Below, piece after piece: positions 13,067 through 24,553 of a DNA stretch of 64,000 nucleotides. The notes under the pieces were generated by a model, which had not been told where the DNA came from, made no database searches, and saw only the letters and a program-made list of their open reading frames with translations. Numbering within the stretch: position 1 is the stretch's first letter; each line of letters starts with the position of its first letter. This stretch comes from Ginglymostoma cirratum (Eukaryota). The translations under genes and the position numbers were made by a program. The DNA is taken from contig JAHRHZ010000062.1 of NCBI GenBank assembly GCA_024137785.1, positions 30,225,755 through 30,289,754 on the forward strand. Direction: 5' to 3'.

Positions 13067-15040
13067 AAACAGTACACCCAGTTGCTTTCAGTAAAGAAGC
13101 TGCTATTATAGTCAACACTTTATTTCACTTGTGAGGTTTGTCAAATTTCTACCATTACTCAAAGCTCTGCTTGCTGAGACCTGACTGGTATTAAAGTTAT
13201 AATTATAGATTTTAGGTTTTTGCCAATTCCATTTGGTACACAAATAACTTAATAAATTCTGCATATTTTTTTCTAAAATTTGGCTTTATTTTGCACTTCT
13301 CTTGAACAAAAGGCAGATGGATGAAAGACAGTAAGCGTTGCTGGGAGAAACAAGCAATATTGTCCTGGATGAATCTATAACGTATAGATTTCCCTATCTG
13401 TCCAAATTGTGAACGAGGACTGAAATATGCAATTGGAGGTGAAAAGTTTGCCTGAATGTAATGAATGGTGCTGAAGGCTCAAAGAGGTCATGTAGTATAT
13501 CTTCTTCAGTATCATTTCTTCTAAATAAATTGGATAACTGAAAGAAAGACTTCAAAACTACACTTAAAATGGGAGAGTAAATGTCAAGATCATTTACATC
13601 CTAAAACTTGTTCATTTATCTACCAACCTTACTTAACAAAGTTTTAATTAAGGTTACATTATTGAATTTGGGGATGAATGTTTGTGTTTTAAGAATTAGT
13701 GATAGGGGTTAGTGGTCTTATTAGCTTTAACATACCTGAGTTTTCTGTTCTCAGCATTGCAGAACTGGGAAAGGATCAAATAACATCCCGGAGGAAAAGA
13801 AAGAATTTTACAAAAGCTCAAAGAGCGTTGCCCAAATTTCCTCTCTCTAACCTCAGAATGGGTTGGCTGGAAAACTGGGAATAGTCTGAAGTCCACTTTT
13901 TCACCAATAGTTTACACCTATCTTGCAGAGAGCAAGGAACGGGGGAAATATACAAATTAGTCACTGCCAAATAATACCCAATTATCATGGAGGTTTAATT
14001 TCATGTGTATTGGATAAAGTGATGGGTCTGAAATAATTAATATTGAAGTTGCACACAGTCTTTGGGTGGAGAAAAAGATAAGCTTTCATGAAGTCCAATG
14101 AAGTGCATAACCGATTCCCAATATTTTTAATTATGTCCAACTGGTTAATCATGAATGCTTCTCCCGTTATTATGCAAAAGAAGAAAAACTTTCTTATGTA
14201 CAAGTGTATCTTTTGTTAAGATTGTAGTAGTCTATTCTCTATCACTGTTTATAAACAGGCCTTTAGGCTCAGCAAATAAAGGGAGGATTGATGGCAGCAA
14301 ACTACCCTACCACAATCATTGGTAGTTGTTAGCTAGAGTATATGACAAGCTGGCAGCATTAGTACTTGGGAACATAACACTGAAATGGGTGTTAGTTAGG
14401 AGATTTATCAGTTTTACAAGTCAGAAGTATTATCCCTGATATTAAAGATGGTAGAAGAGCACCAAAAGAACATTTTGAAATAGGTAGGGAGCTTTAAATC
14501 GCATCTCTATCATTAATTTGGTGTAACAACAATGAAACACAAAGGCGGCGCAGAAGATTAGCTGTACCACTCGATTCCTTTTGGGCAAAAGTCATTCTAA
14601 ATCCAGTCTTCAGCTGCTGTGCTTGTATCCATGTAATTTGAGCTGTATTTGGCTGTTGTCGATAGCAAACTCAGTTACTGACCCATGTTAAAATCAATAC
14701 TCTACAAATAACACAACTTTTGCTGTTAAGTTGTAGTTGCAGTTAAAGGCAACATTACAGTGAACAAACTCCAAATGAGTTTTTGAATCGAATTAATCTG
14801 AATTGGATTGTCTGTAGTTAAGATTTCTCTTCCAAATTCACCCCGTTTGGATCAATTCCTGAAACACCTCTATTTCAGGTGCATACTGGACTAGCTCAGA
14901 ACCAGGCTGCAGTTGAACTCTATTTTTACTACATGAGATTTCATGCATGGTAGGAATTGCATTCAATTACTCTACCTTACCCAGCTCCAACAATGGAAAT
15001 TTACAGATAGTATGCAAAGGACTTGCTGTTGCCTCTAAGT

Positions 15041-15310
15041 GTTAGCTTGGCTCAGCTTGTAGCACTACTCCAAGAGCCAGAAAACTTGTAGACTCAAGAC
15101 CAGTTCCAGGACTTCAGAACATAATCTAAACTGACATTTCAGTACAAAAGATATTATGTTATTAGAACTGCTGTTCTTTAGATGAGACTTTAAACCAATG
15201 CCTTCAGCTGCCTGGTAAGATGGGCATAAAGAGTGAAACATTTGTTTGGAGACTTGTATCATTTCCCTGGAGCATGCAATGATGTGCTAACAAATTTCTC
15301 CCAACAAAAT
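15041..15310 (+). mobile_element. Decayed Deu-domain SINE (SacSINE1/AmnSINE-like)
   Basis: tRNA-like head (cttggctcagcttgtagcact) followed by ctgacatttcagtaca..ctgttctttagatgagactttaaacc, resembling the Deu central domain. Confidence 0.55.
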
Positions 15311-15401
15311 CAATGGTAGTTTTTTTTAATAGGAGCAAGGACTATGCTATGCAATATTTGTCATGGGTAGCCTTTGTTTCGCTAGTTTTCTTTATTTAAT
15401 G

Positions 15402-16068
15402 TAGAATTTAACATCACCTTTCACCTCCAGTGGCAGATGGGTGGAGGAGTTAATCAGCCATGAGAGCAGGTTAGAGACCCTACTATCTTCCCAGCTTCAC
15501 CCAATTAGGTCTGCTGTAGGAAGCGTCTTGAATGCCTTTCCTGCCTGGGTACTAACTGAGTGTCTGATTAATGCCCAGCTGACAGCCCCAGCTGGCTGCC
15601 GCTTGCAGGTTCTCAGTGCAGGCTGTTTGTGAAGGGCACAATGTCTGATAGGGACCTAGCGTTGGGAAGGGGTGTGGGCTGCAGCCACTGAATGTCACAC
15701 CCATGCCGTTACCTCTGGCCCTCTCCAACTTGTTGCAATCTCTACTGTACAATGTAGACTCATCCGCACTTATATTTGGCCTCAGCATCCTTGATGACCA
15801 CGGACATCTGGAGAGTACGTTACCTGCAGCTGATTTTGCTCCAGGCGCTGCTGCTCACAATGGAGAGCTGATTGGGTAGTTGTTCTATGTCAGGATGGTG
15901 TGTGGGGTAGAGGCAGGATTTTTGCGCTTAGAGTCCTGAAAACCCAGGAAAGACCCGATAATGTTAATTTTAGGCACTTAAAACAGTGGGCCTTTCCAAT
16001 GGAAGTGGCAAGAGGTTCTCACCGGCTCTCCAGCCAACCAATGAACCTGTCACCTGAATTAAATTCTA
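15402..16068. mobile_element. Non-autonomous DNA transposon (MITE-like, possibly Harbinger)
   Basis: Terminal inverted 10-mers tagaatttaa (15402) and ttaaattcta (16059-16068) bound a GC-richer block. Confidence 0.45.
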
Positions 16069-16518
16069 TCCATACAGTCAGGCAATATGACACAGATGGA
16101 GCCCATGTGGCTTTTTGAGTGCATGCTGCTGTCTGTAGAGCAACCCAATCAGGCATTTTCCCTGGAGCCTTCTGAATTTATTTTGCACAAAGAGCTGTTG
16201 TACTTGCTTTTGAAATCACTCATTTCCACTGCTTCCAACACCCAGAGGCCACAATTCCAGATCATTATCATTTTCTGCAGAAAAATGTTCATTCCACTAT
16301 CTCCCCCCACCCCGCCAATGTTTCACTTCCATCCTCGTCAAAATCCATAAATCTGTGCCAACTGGAACTTGTACAAGCAGCTAATGGGAACAGCTCTCCT
16401 TCTCTACCTTACCTACACTTGTTACAATCTTGTACACTTCTATCAAATATTTCCTCAGTCTCCTGATGCTCCAAGAAGAACAACCTCATTTTTTCTAACC
16501 GAACATTTCAACATCAAA

Positions 16519-16744
16519 AACAGAAGTTGTTGGAAAAGCTCAGCAGATCTGGGAGCATATGCGAATAAAAAAATCAGTGTTAAAGTTTTGGGTCCGGTGA
16601 CCCTTCCTCAGAACCGTTCCTCGTACCCGAAATGTTGACTCTGATTTTTTTCTTCACCGATGCTGTCAGACCTGCTGAGCTATTCCAGCAACTTCTGTTT
16701 TTGTTCCTGATTTACAGCTTCCGCAGTTCTTTCGGTTTTTATTG
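16519..16744. mobile_element. PLE-derived fold-back element (subfamily 2) with 10-bp target duplication
   Basis: Inverted arms aaaaacagaagttgttggaaaagctcagcag.. / ..ctgctgagctattccagcaacttctgttttt. Direct repeat caacatcaaa at 16509-16518 and 16745-16754. Degenerate CTGAGGA..cccaaaa core on the minus strand near 16585-16612. Confidence 0.85.
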
Positions 16745-18009
16745 CAACATCAAACTCTCCCTCCCCTCAGAAACTGAAGTACAGCTAACCTGCTTGATCC
16801 AAATCAAATACATATCATAAGTCGAAAGGGAAGTGGGACAAAAATAATAGTTTCTGAGAAGAGAAGGACGGGGAAAGATCTGTTTTATTGAGGTTTAGAA
16901 ATACAATGGGAAATGGAAATGATGATTTTACTACAACAGTTGAATACTGAGGCAGTGAAGGTTCTGCCACATTTACTGAAGTTGGGTCATTTTAAAAAAA
17001 ACAGTAGTTTTGCTGAAATAGGTCATTTGAATGGAAATGAAAACATCCCTTGCATTTCTCTCAGGATTTCTAGACCATGTCAAAAGGTGTATATTCTCAA
17101 TTTGACTTGTGATAAAACATAAGCAGCTAAATTTACAAGAGTTTGGACATAAATCACCCCCCAAAAGTGAAATCCCTCCACACAGAAAGGAACCCTTTGA
17201 TGATACAGACAAGTTGTAAAATAACGGTAATTTTCAAACCATTGCGACGATATACTCCATTCACGTCTGATCGATCCCAAACTAAATTTTAATTGATGGC
17301 ACACAGATAATCAAACTGCTATACTGTGAAATGTTGTGAATTCAAATTAATTTCAAGGTGCAAAATGAAGTCCCAACATCCAGGAAAGATCTGGTGAAAA
17401 GAAAAGATTTGTTGTAGCAAACATAGTAATAAGCAGATGTAAATATGAAAATACTACATTCATCCCAAATTTGGCTCTAGATTCTGAGATCTAATAGATC
17501 AAGTTTCAGATAACAGTTGGCACAAACCTATGATTTAGTACGATCATCTTAACGCTGTGGTTTTTCCTGTGATCAGCAATATACGATGTACTCAATCCTA
17601 CATTAACTATGACAGGATGTCCATCACAGATTTATGATGACATCAATGACTGGTCTCAGCTCAATGTGCAAGATTTGTGCCTACAGAGTTCCAGTGACCA
17701 ATCTAGACCAGGATGATAGGATAATAACATTTTTTTTCTCTGCTGACAGAGAAAACAAGCTTGTTGAATATGCAAAAGTAAGGAGTTTTGACAAAGAGTA
17801 AGTAGGACTATAAAAATAATGAGGAGGATTTAGATTAGCAGAATTATCATCCAAGTGGAAGATGCAGTTTAATGTGCTTTGATGTGACTTGACACATGTG
17901 TAGAGAGAAAGGAAGATTAGGAACATATATGCAAAAACACTGAAGGATGTAAACAAATGGAGAAAGGTAATGATTGAAATACAAAACTCCTTGAGTGTGA
18001 AAATAGATT

Positions 18010-18427
18010 TTATAGTCTCTGTCTGTCTCGGGAGATGATGCACTGCCTCGGGCTGTGTGTCAGCGCTGAATTGAACATGGCCTGTGTGGCTGTAGAGGTT
18101 GACTTATCAGTAACAGTTCCTTCTACAATTGGTACAGATGAAAAGTACTGGTCTGGGGTCAGCTGATGTTCATTCCTTTCTGTCAGGCTCTTCTTTACTT
18201 CAATCTGGTCATGTCTATTGATCTCTGCTTTATTCCAAGCCTCTTCAGACTGCTTGTCTTCAGGCAGCAGCAAGGACTTCCCATTCATTGACTTCAATCT
18301 CAATTTAACTTGAGAACTCGTTCGCAAACATTCTTGTAGAAGTGGACTATCTGGTGGTCTCATACTGATAGGAAGCTTGCCATTGAGCATGTCATTGGGG
18401 ATGAAATTACCATTCACTCCATGCGTC
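18010..18427 (-). CDS. Candidate terminal coding exon of an unidentified gene (about 138 aa, hydrophilic)
   Basis: Stop-free frame THGVNGNFIPNDMLNGKLP...RDRQRL* follows a plausible acceptor (gacctttcttagtttaag|G). Composition is protein-like and there is no recognisable repeat motif. No partner exons identified. Confidence 0.35.
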
Positions 18428-18459
18428 CTTAAACTAAGAAAGGTCAACATTATTTCTGC

Positions 18460-18891
18460 TGGAAATCACAGCAGGTCAAGCAGCATCCACGGAGAGAAAA
18501 CAAGCTAACATTTTGAATCTAGATGACTTTTCATCAGAGCTGGTGTGAAGTGTGGAGTGGGCAGCATTTATATGATTGCAGGGAGGGACGGAGTGTGAGG
18601 GGAGAAAGGCTGCTGATAATGTTGATTAAATGATTGTAATGTGAGAATGGCAGGACAATGGTGTGTCTAACAGCCAGACTGGAAAGAACAGAGGATCCCA
18701 CTGGATTAGGGGGAGGGGAGAAAAGTTATGGTGACAGAGAAAGCAACAAGTAAAGCTAAAAGAAAGGGAAGGAATAGGAATGGGTTCACAAACTGAAGGT
18801 GTTGAACTCCATGTATACTGCCTGACCCGCTGTGATTTCCAGCACTTTTTTGTTTCAGTACAAATTCCGGCATCTGCAGTCATTTGCTCCG
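18460..18891. mobile_element. PLE-derived fold-back element (subfamily 3) with 13-bp target duplication
   Basis: Direct repeat acattatttctgc at 18447-18459 and 18892-18904. Inverted arms ctggaaatcacagcaggtca / tgacccgctgtgatttccag. Minus-strand CTGATGA at 18537-18531. The long arm includes the ORF end MEFNTF near 18795-18812 (compare IDFSSF at 85). Confidence 0.85.
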
Positions 18892-20409
18892 ACATTATTT
18901 CTGCCTTTTATAAAGAGGAACAAAGAATTCGAGATGAAAAAATGAACAATTAAAGTGTAAAAAATTATTTCCTGGGGAGGCAGTGAAGTGGGTGTGATCA
19001 ATAATTTCATGTTGTCACTCAGGGCAGGGTTTCCCTGGAGTGTTAAGGTGAGGGGTATGTAATGAACTAAATACTTTTGGACATGGAATAATTTGACCCA
19101 GACACAGGAAACCTTTCTTCATAGAAGTGAAAGTGCATAAACATTCAGGTCAGGGAATATCCAGTGATAGGAAGGGAGAATGGAGCTGTGTGATTAGTTT
19201 TGGATTGGTATAATCAGGAGCCAGCGCAGATAATTATGGACCAAATAATCTCTTTCTACTCTGTAAATTTGTATATCATTGGACTTGTAGAATATCCATT
19301 GTTTGGTAACAAAATAGTAAGTGTTGTCAGACAGACAAATTTATTTTAATATTCAAAAATTTCATTGACTATTTCCTTTACTTAGGGTTTGGGGCTGGGT
19401 CTGTTGTGAGGGGAAAGGGTGTCATGTCCCAGGCTGGTGGTGGTGTTGGTCAGGTCAGGATCTGGGGGAGGTGTGGTTGGGGATTATAAGTGAGGTAAAT
19501 ATGGATCCATTTAACAGTTACTTAGGAGTTGGGCTATGTATTTAATAGTCTGATTTTTCCTGAGCAACTAGTTTACGTGATATCATTGGAACCATCTGAA
19601 GACTTAAATGGATCATTTTGGAGGCTGCAAGGCATAGAGAAATTGCCGAACACAAGCTTAAATCCCCCAGGCAATTCCTTCAGAGTGTGCTACAATGGGG
19701 ATTCTGCAGGGTCCCTTTGCACAACTCCTAACTACTCTGGAATTATGACCGTCTGGTCAGAGGATACTCCAGGTTATAAACAAATGCCACATTCTTATGA
19801 CTTAATATAACTTTCCAAGAAAACAAAATTGTAGACATATTTTGAACGACATTTTCGAATAATACAACAGGAAAATCATTAAAATGCATCATTGCTCATC
19901 CATTATTCTTGAAACGAGTAATTTCTAATTTATTCTGTTTTTTTGCTTATACACGAATGCAGGAGGTTGCTTTGTCATTGAGCGATGACTGGGGAGAGAG
20001 ACCACACCAACCACACTACAGTGATCAACATCCATAAGCAATTTAGAGTGTGATATTAAAAAGCAACAAGAGTATTATAATAAACCACACACTGGGCAAT
20101 AGTCGATTAGGTCCACTTGAGTGGATAAAGCTTAGCTGGACGTGCCTTCTCCTCCAAATCATATTTTTCTGCAACTTATTTTAAATGAATAGCATCTGCA
20201 CAGATTTTTACCTTGAGTACAAGAAAATAAATATCCTTTTACAGGGTCTCAAGACAGAATAAACAATAAATTAGTTCTTCAAGAATTATTAATGAATATT
20301 CAAAAATTTTAAAGATTTTCCTGTTGCAATTGAGGTTATATATATAAACGTATGTCCTGTATAATCCCTAACAATCATTTTTTGCTTTATCAGCCTTTAA
20401 ATTGATTTT

Positions 20410-21330
20410 TCAGGGGGGAGGGAGGAGGCATAGGGGTAGGATGCCAGCTAAGTAGGATACCAAGTGGAAGAGAGTGCCAGGTGTATAGAATGCCAAGTGG
20501 ATAGGGTACCAGGTGGGGAGGGGGCCAAGTGGATAGCAGATGCATTACTAGGGCATTAGTTTTCTGGTGGTTCTTATAGCCTGGAGTGTTAATGTCAGGG
20601 GTACAGGAAAATGGCAGGAAAATGGAGTTGAGGATTAATAGATCATCCGTGATATCATTGAACGGCGGAGCAGACTTCATGGTCTGAATGGCTTAATTCT
20701 GCTCCTATGCCATATGGTCTTATGGGTAAGATGGCATGGATATAATGCAAAATGAGCAGGGGGCTTGAGTGCCATGGGTGTAGGATTCCAACTGGTTAGG
20801 GTGCCAAGGTGAAAGGTGGCAAGGGGCTAGATAAATGAGGCAGCATTTAGGATAGGTTGGGAGGGTGAGAGATATTGGGTCCAGTGGCAGAGGTGGGTGC
20901 AGGGGAAGGTAGATATTAGGTACTGTAAGGCAGCGGGTCAGGTCTGGTGGTGAGAGTAGGGGAAGGGGCTGGGTCCCAGGGGCATGGGTGTGAACGCAGC
21001 TCAGGTTCTGAGTGAGTTAAGGGGAGGTGCTGGGCATGGGAGAAGGAAGATTAGGTTTGGAGCAGGGCAAGGTGTTTGCATGGAAGAGATGTGCGTGTGC
21101 AGAGAGAGAACGGGGCAGAGCCATGGAGGATGTGGGATTGGGGTGGGGAGAGTGCAGAGAGATAGGAAGTGACTGGTCTCGAGCAATGGAAGGGAGCTGT
21201 TGGGGAGTCAGTCACTGATCAGTACAGGATCAGGTGGAAGATGAGAAACAGGAAGATAGTTCAGGATCTAGGGGATGCGTGGGGTTTGGGAAACTGTAGT
21301 TGGGGGGTGTTAGGGGAGTTGAATTGACAC
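20410..21330 (+). repeat. G-rich, strand-skewed low-complexity tract, probably the interior of an old non-autonomous element, with a CR1 3' end inserted at about 20575-20725
   Basis: Many GGG runs on the plus strand and degenerate ggatgcca/gggtgcca units; the embedded tail reads gaatggcttaattctgctcctatg..tatggtcttatgg. Confidence 0.55.
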
Positions 21331-21619
21331 AGTTAAGTCAAGGTGGGTGAAGGGTTCAGATTATTAATGATTGGGAGAAGCTTAGACAGCAGTACAGCAA
21401 GATGCAATACTGCTGACTTGACTTAATTGATTACTTTATGACTGAGTAAATATAAAGGGGAAACAAGTTTTGATGTAGCTAGGTGACTGAATAGTCAATA
21501 AAATCTATCCACAATGGAAAAATGTCTTAAATTCTATTTGGCAAGCAGATGCTGGGCATGGGGGCAGGGGTGAGGGTAGGGTTTGCGAGGTGGCAGAGGG
21601 AACAGAGGTTCCATAACAT

Positions 21620-22330
21620 TATATAAGATCGTAAGGCATAGGAGCAAAAGTAGGCCATTTGGCCCACTGAATCTGTTCCACTATCCAATGGGGTCATGGC
21701 TAACCTGAAAATCCCCAACTGCACTTTCCTGTTTTCTCCCCAAAACTCTCGATTCCCTTACTGATTGAAAATCCCTCCATCTTAGCCTTGACCACACTTA
21801 CTGGCCCAACCTTGACAATGGTCCGTGGCAAAGAAATTCAGAGACTCATGACCATCTGAGAGGGGAAATTCCTTCTCATCTCCGGCCAACTGGATGACCC
21901 TTTCAGACTATATCCTCTGGTCCTAGACTCTCCCACAATGGGAAAAAGCTGCTCTGCATCTACCTTGTCAAATGCCACTAAGAATTTTGGATGTTTCTAT
22001 TAGGTCATTCTTCATTCTTCTGAACTCCAGTGAGTACAGGCCCAACCTACTCTAACTCTCCTCATATCACAATTTCTCCATATCTAAGATCAACTTAGTG
22101 AAGCTTCCCTGACTGCTTTCAATGCTGGTATATCTTTCATTAGACAAGGAGACCAAAACTGCTCATAGTAGCCCAGGTTTGATCTAATTAGTGCTTTGTA
22201 TAGTTTTTGCAAAACCTTGCCATTTTCATACTCCACTATTTTCTCTTCATCTATCCTGCTAGTTACCTCCTCAAAGAATTCTAATAAATTTGATAGGCAT
22301 GATTTCCTTTTTGTGAAGCCATGCCTTCGG
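21620..22330 (-). mobile_element. CR1 LINE 3' part with internal deletion
   Basis: ORF 22090..22479(-) contains HGFTKRKSCLSNLLEFFEEVTSRIDE and LYKALIRSNLGYYEQFWSP; CR1 tail near 21625. Confidence 0.85.
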
Positions 22331-22968
22331 CCATTGAGAGTGAATGGGTGTGGCAGTTCAACTTGATCAACCAAAAGGAAAAAATTGTTGTTTGAAAGGC
22401 TAACAGCATGAGATTGTTCAGGCCTGCTGCCATCGCAGGAATTAATGATTGCTAGCATTGCTTGCTCAGCTGGGAACAAGGACTTGCTGTGAAAGTTGCA
22501 GAGGCCAGGACTGGCCTGACATGAAAACCTACGCTTCCGGAAGTACTGGTGCTCCGATACAAAGAGAGAGGTGATCTCCTGTTTGTAGCGTCATTGTCAG
22601 AGGTTTCACTTTGTTCCAATTCGCTCTCAATGTTTGGGCCCTCTGCCCTCTGGAAGGACATGTGGCTGAGGAGAAGACAGATAGTATTGCTTTTGATATT
22701 GCTCGTGTTGCTGCTCCTCATGTTCCTTATCAGAAGAGCATAAGCTACTCCCTTGCTCTGGTGAAGCTGACAGCAAGGAATGGTAGTTAAAGATGAACAA
22801 AATGCAAGACCCAAGAAGTGACTTCCAAGAAGTGGTCATTCACCAGTCAAGCGATGAAAGCACTCTTTGAAAATGGGTGCTGTGATCTGCACCGTCTCAC
22901 TTGGCTGTGGCTGGAGCTCTTCAGTTTCACTGATCTAGGAAAGTTGCTAACAGCCCAGGGAATACGTG

Positions 22969-23544
22969 CTTCAGAGATAGTGGGAACTGCAGATGCTGGA
23001 GAATCTGAGATAACAAGATGCAGAGCTGGATGAACACAGCAGGCCAAGCAGCATCAGAGGAGCAGGAANNNNNNNNNNNNNNNNNNNNNNNNNNNNNNNN
23101 NNNNNNNNNNNNNNNNNNNNNNNNNNNNNNNNNNNNNNNNNNNNNNNNNNNNNNNNNNNNNNNNNNNNNNNNNNNNNNNNNNNNNNNNNNNNNNNNNNNN
23201 NNNNNNNNNNNNNNNNNNNNNNNNNNNNNNNNNNNNNNNNNNNNNNNNNNNNNNNNNNNNNNNNNNNNNNNNNNNNNNNNNNNNNNNNNNNNNNNNNNNN
23301 NNNNNNNNNNNNNNNNNNNNNNNNNNNNNNNNNNNNNNNNNNNNNNNNNNNNNNNNNNNNNNNNNNNNNNNNNNNNNNNNNNNNNNNNNNNNNNNNNNNN
23401 NNNNNNNNNNNNNNNNNNNNNNNNNNNNNNNNNNNNNNNNNNNNNNNNNNNNNNNNNNNNNNNNNNNNCCGGAAACGTCAGCCTTCCTGCTCCTCTGATG
23501 CTGCTTGGCCTGCTGTGTTCATCCAGCTCTGCACCTTGTTATAT
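22969..23544. mobile_element. PLE-derived fold-back element (subfamily 1) spanning a 400-N gap
   Basis: Inverted arms lie on both sides of gap 23069-23468. Direct repeat cagggaatacRtg at 22956-22968 and 23545-23557. Confidence 0.8.
23069..23468. other. Assembly gap (400 N); gaps of identical size at 36169-36568 and 63478-63877
   Basis: N runs seen directly in the sequence. Confidence 0.99.
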
Positions 23545-24269
23545 CAGGGAATACATGTGTTAGTTTCATGTCCAAGGCTTATTTGCTATTTGGAATATTT
23601 AAGTAACTTGCGTGACAGATGAAAAGGGTTCCCTTTAATTTTCGAATCTTCCCTGATAAAAGCCAGAATGAAGTCACGATCCCAATCCCAGGTCAGTTCT
23701 AGGAATGATATCTCCCCATAGTCATCCAAACATTCCTCTCCTTGCCTGTCAAGTTTCCTCCAATAGCTCTACAGAGAGAAATAGCACAACCTGACTTCAT
23801 TTTAATTACAGAAAATGAATGCTACGTATAAACCTGCAGTATACAGGATATCCACATTGGATGTCAATTGGCAAATCAGCTTTTGAACAGATGGGAACAG
23901 CATAGTTTTTTTATGCTAATCATATTTCAGAATGAAAAAGAAGAAATTCTGATACTTCAGTTAAGGCCACAGAGTTATGGAAAACAATGTGTTCAATTAT
24001 TATGTGTTGGGACAGAATCTAATTTCAAAATATCCGAAGGCATGAGCTGAATTAAATCAACTGTTTTGACAAGGAGCCTGGTAAGGGGAAGAATGGAATC
24101 ACAAAGCATGGAGTGTTTTGTTCAACTTTCTGTTAAAAGTTGTATTTTAATTTGCTGCCTTCCTCTATCTTGATTCTTCTATATAAAATTTGCTATTGTA
24201 TCTTCATTGAATAAGCCATTTTTATTAAAAAAAAACTTCAATACTTGTAACACAGCAGGAATCAACAAA

Positions 24270-24553
24270 AAGGTCAAGCCAAACAAAACCCACTTGACCT
24301 CCAACATTGTCTTTAAAGGCTGCTCAGTTTTCTAATATGGGAAACAAATTGTTCCCACTACTGCTTTGCAAACTTTTCAAATCTAGGAAGGTCACAAGCC
24401 TTTTCAAGGCCATTTAGCAAGGTCAGCTGGTAATGAGCTGCAACTACTTTACTTGCGCTTTGCAGCTCAGAGGGATTAATTGTCCCTACACTGTCTCATG
24501 CACGATCTAAGGCTGAATTGTCAAAATGATCCATGGCTTTCGTCCCAAGGCCC
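24270..24553. promoter_or_regulatory. Candidate enhancer: cluster of nuclear receptor (NR5A/ERR-type) sites
   Basis: aaggtca 24270, tgacct 24295, gaaggtca 24387, tcaaggcca 24404, gcaaggtca 24417 and ccaaggccc 24545, within sequence lacking recognisable repeats. Confidence 0.4.

Noticed and set aside
22549-22743. Plus-strand ORF with a hydrophobic C-terminus resembling a small membrane protein
   Set aside because: Non-ATG start; the Leu/Ile run is the antisense of a Ser/Asn/Gln-rich segment; no splice or promoter support.
23018-23563. Long ORFs through N runs (also 36084-36785 and 63230-63993)
   Set aside because: Lengths are artifacts of translating assembly gaps; only the YIDD fragment is informative.
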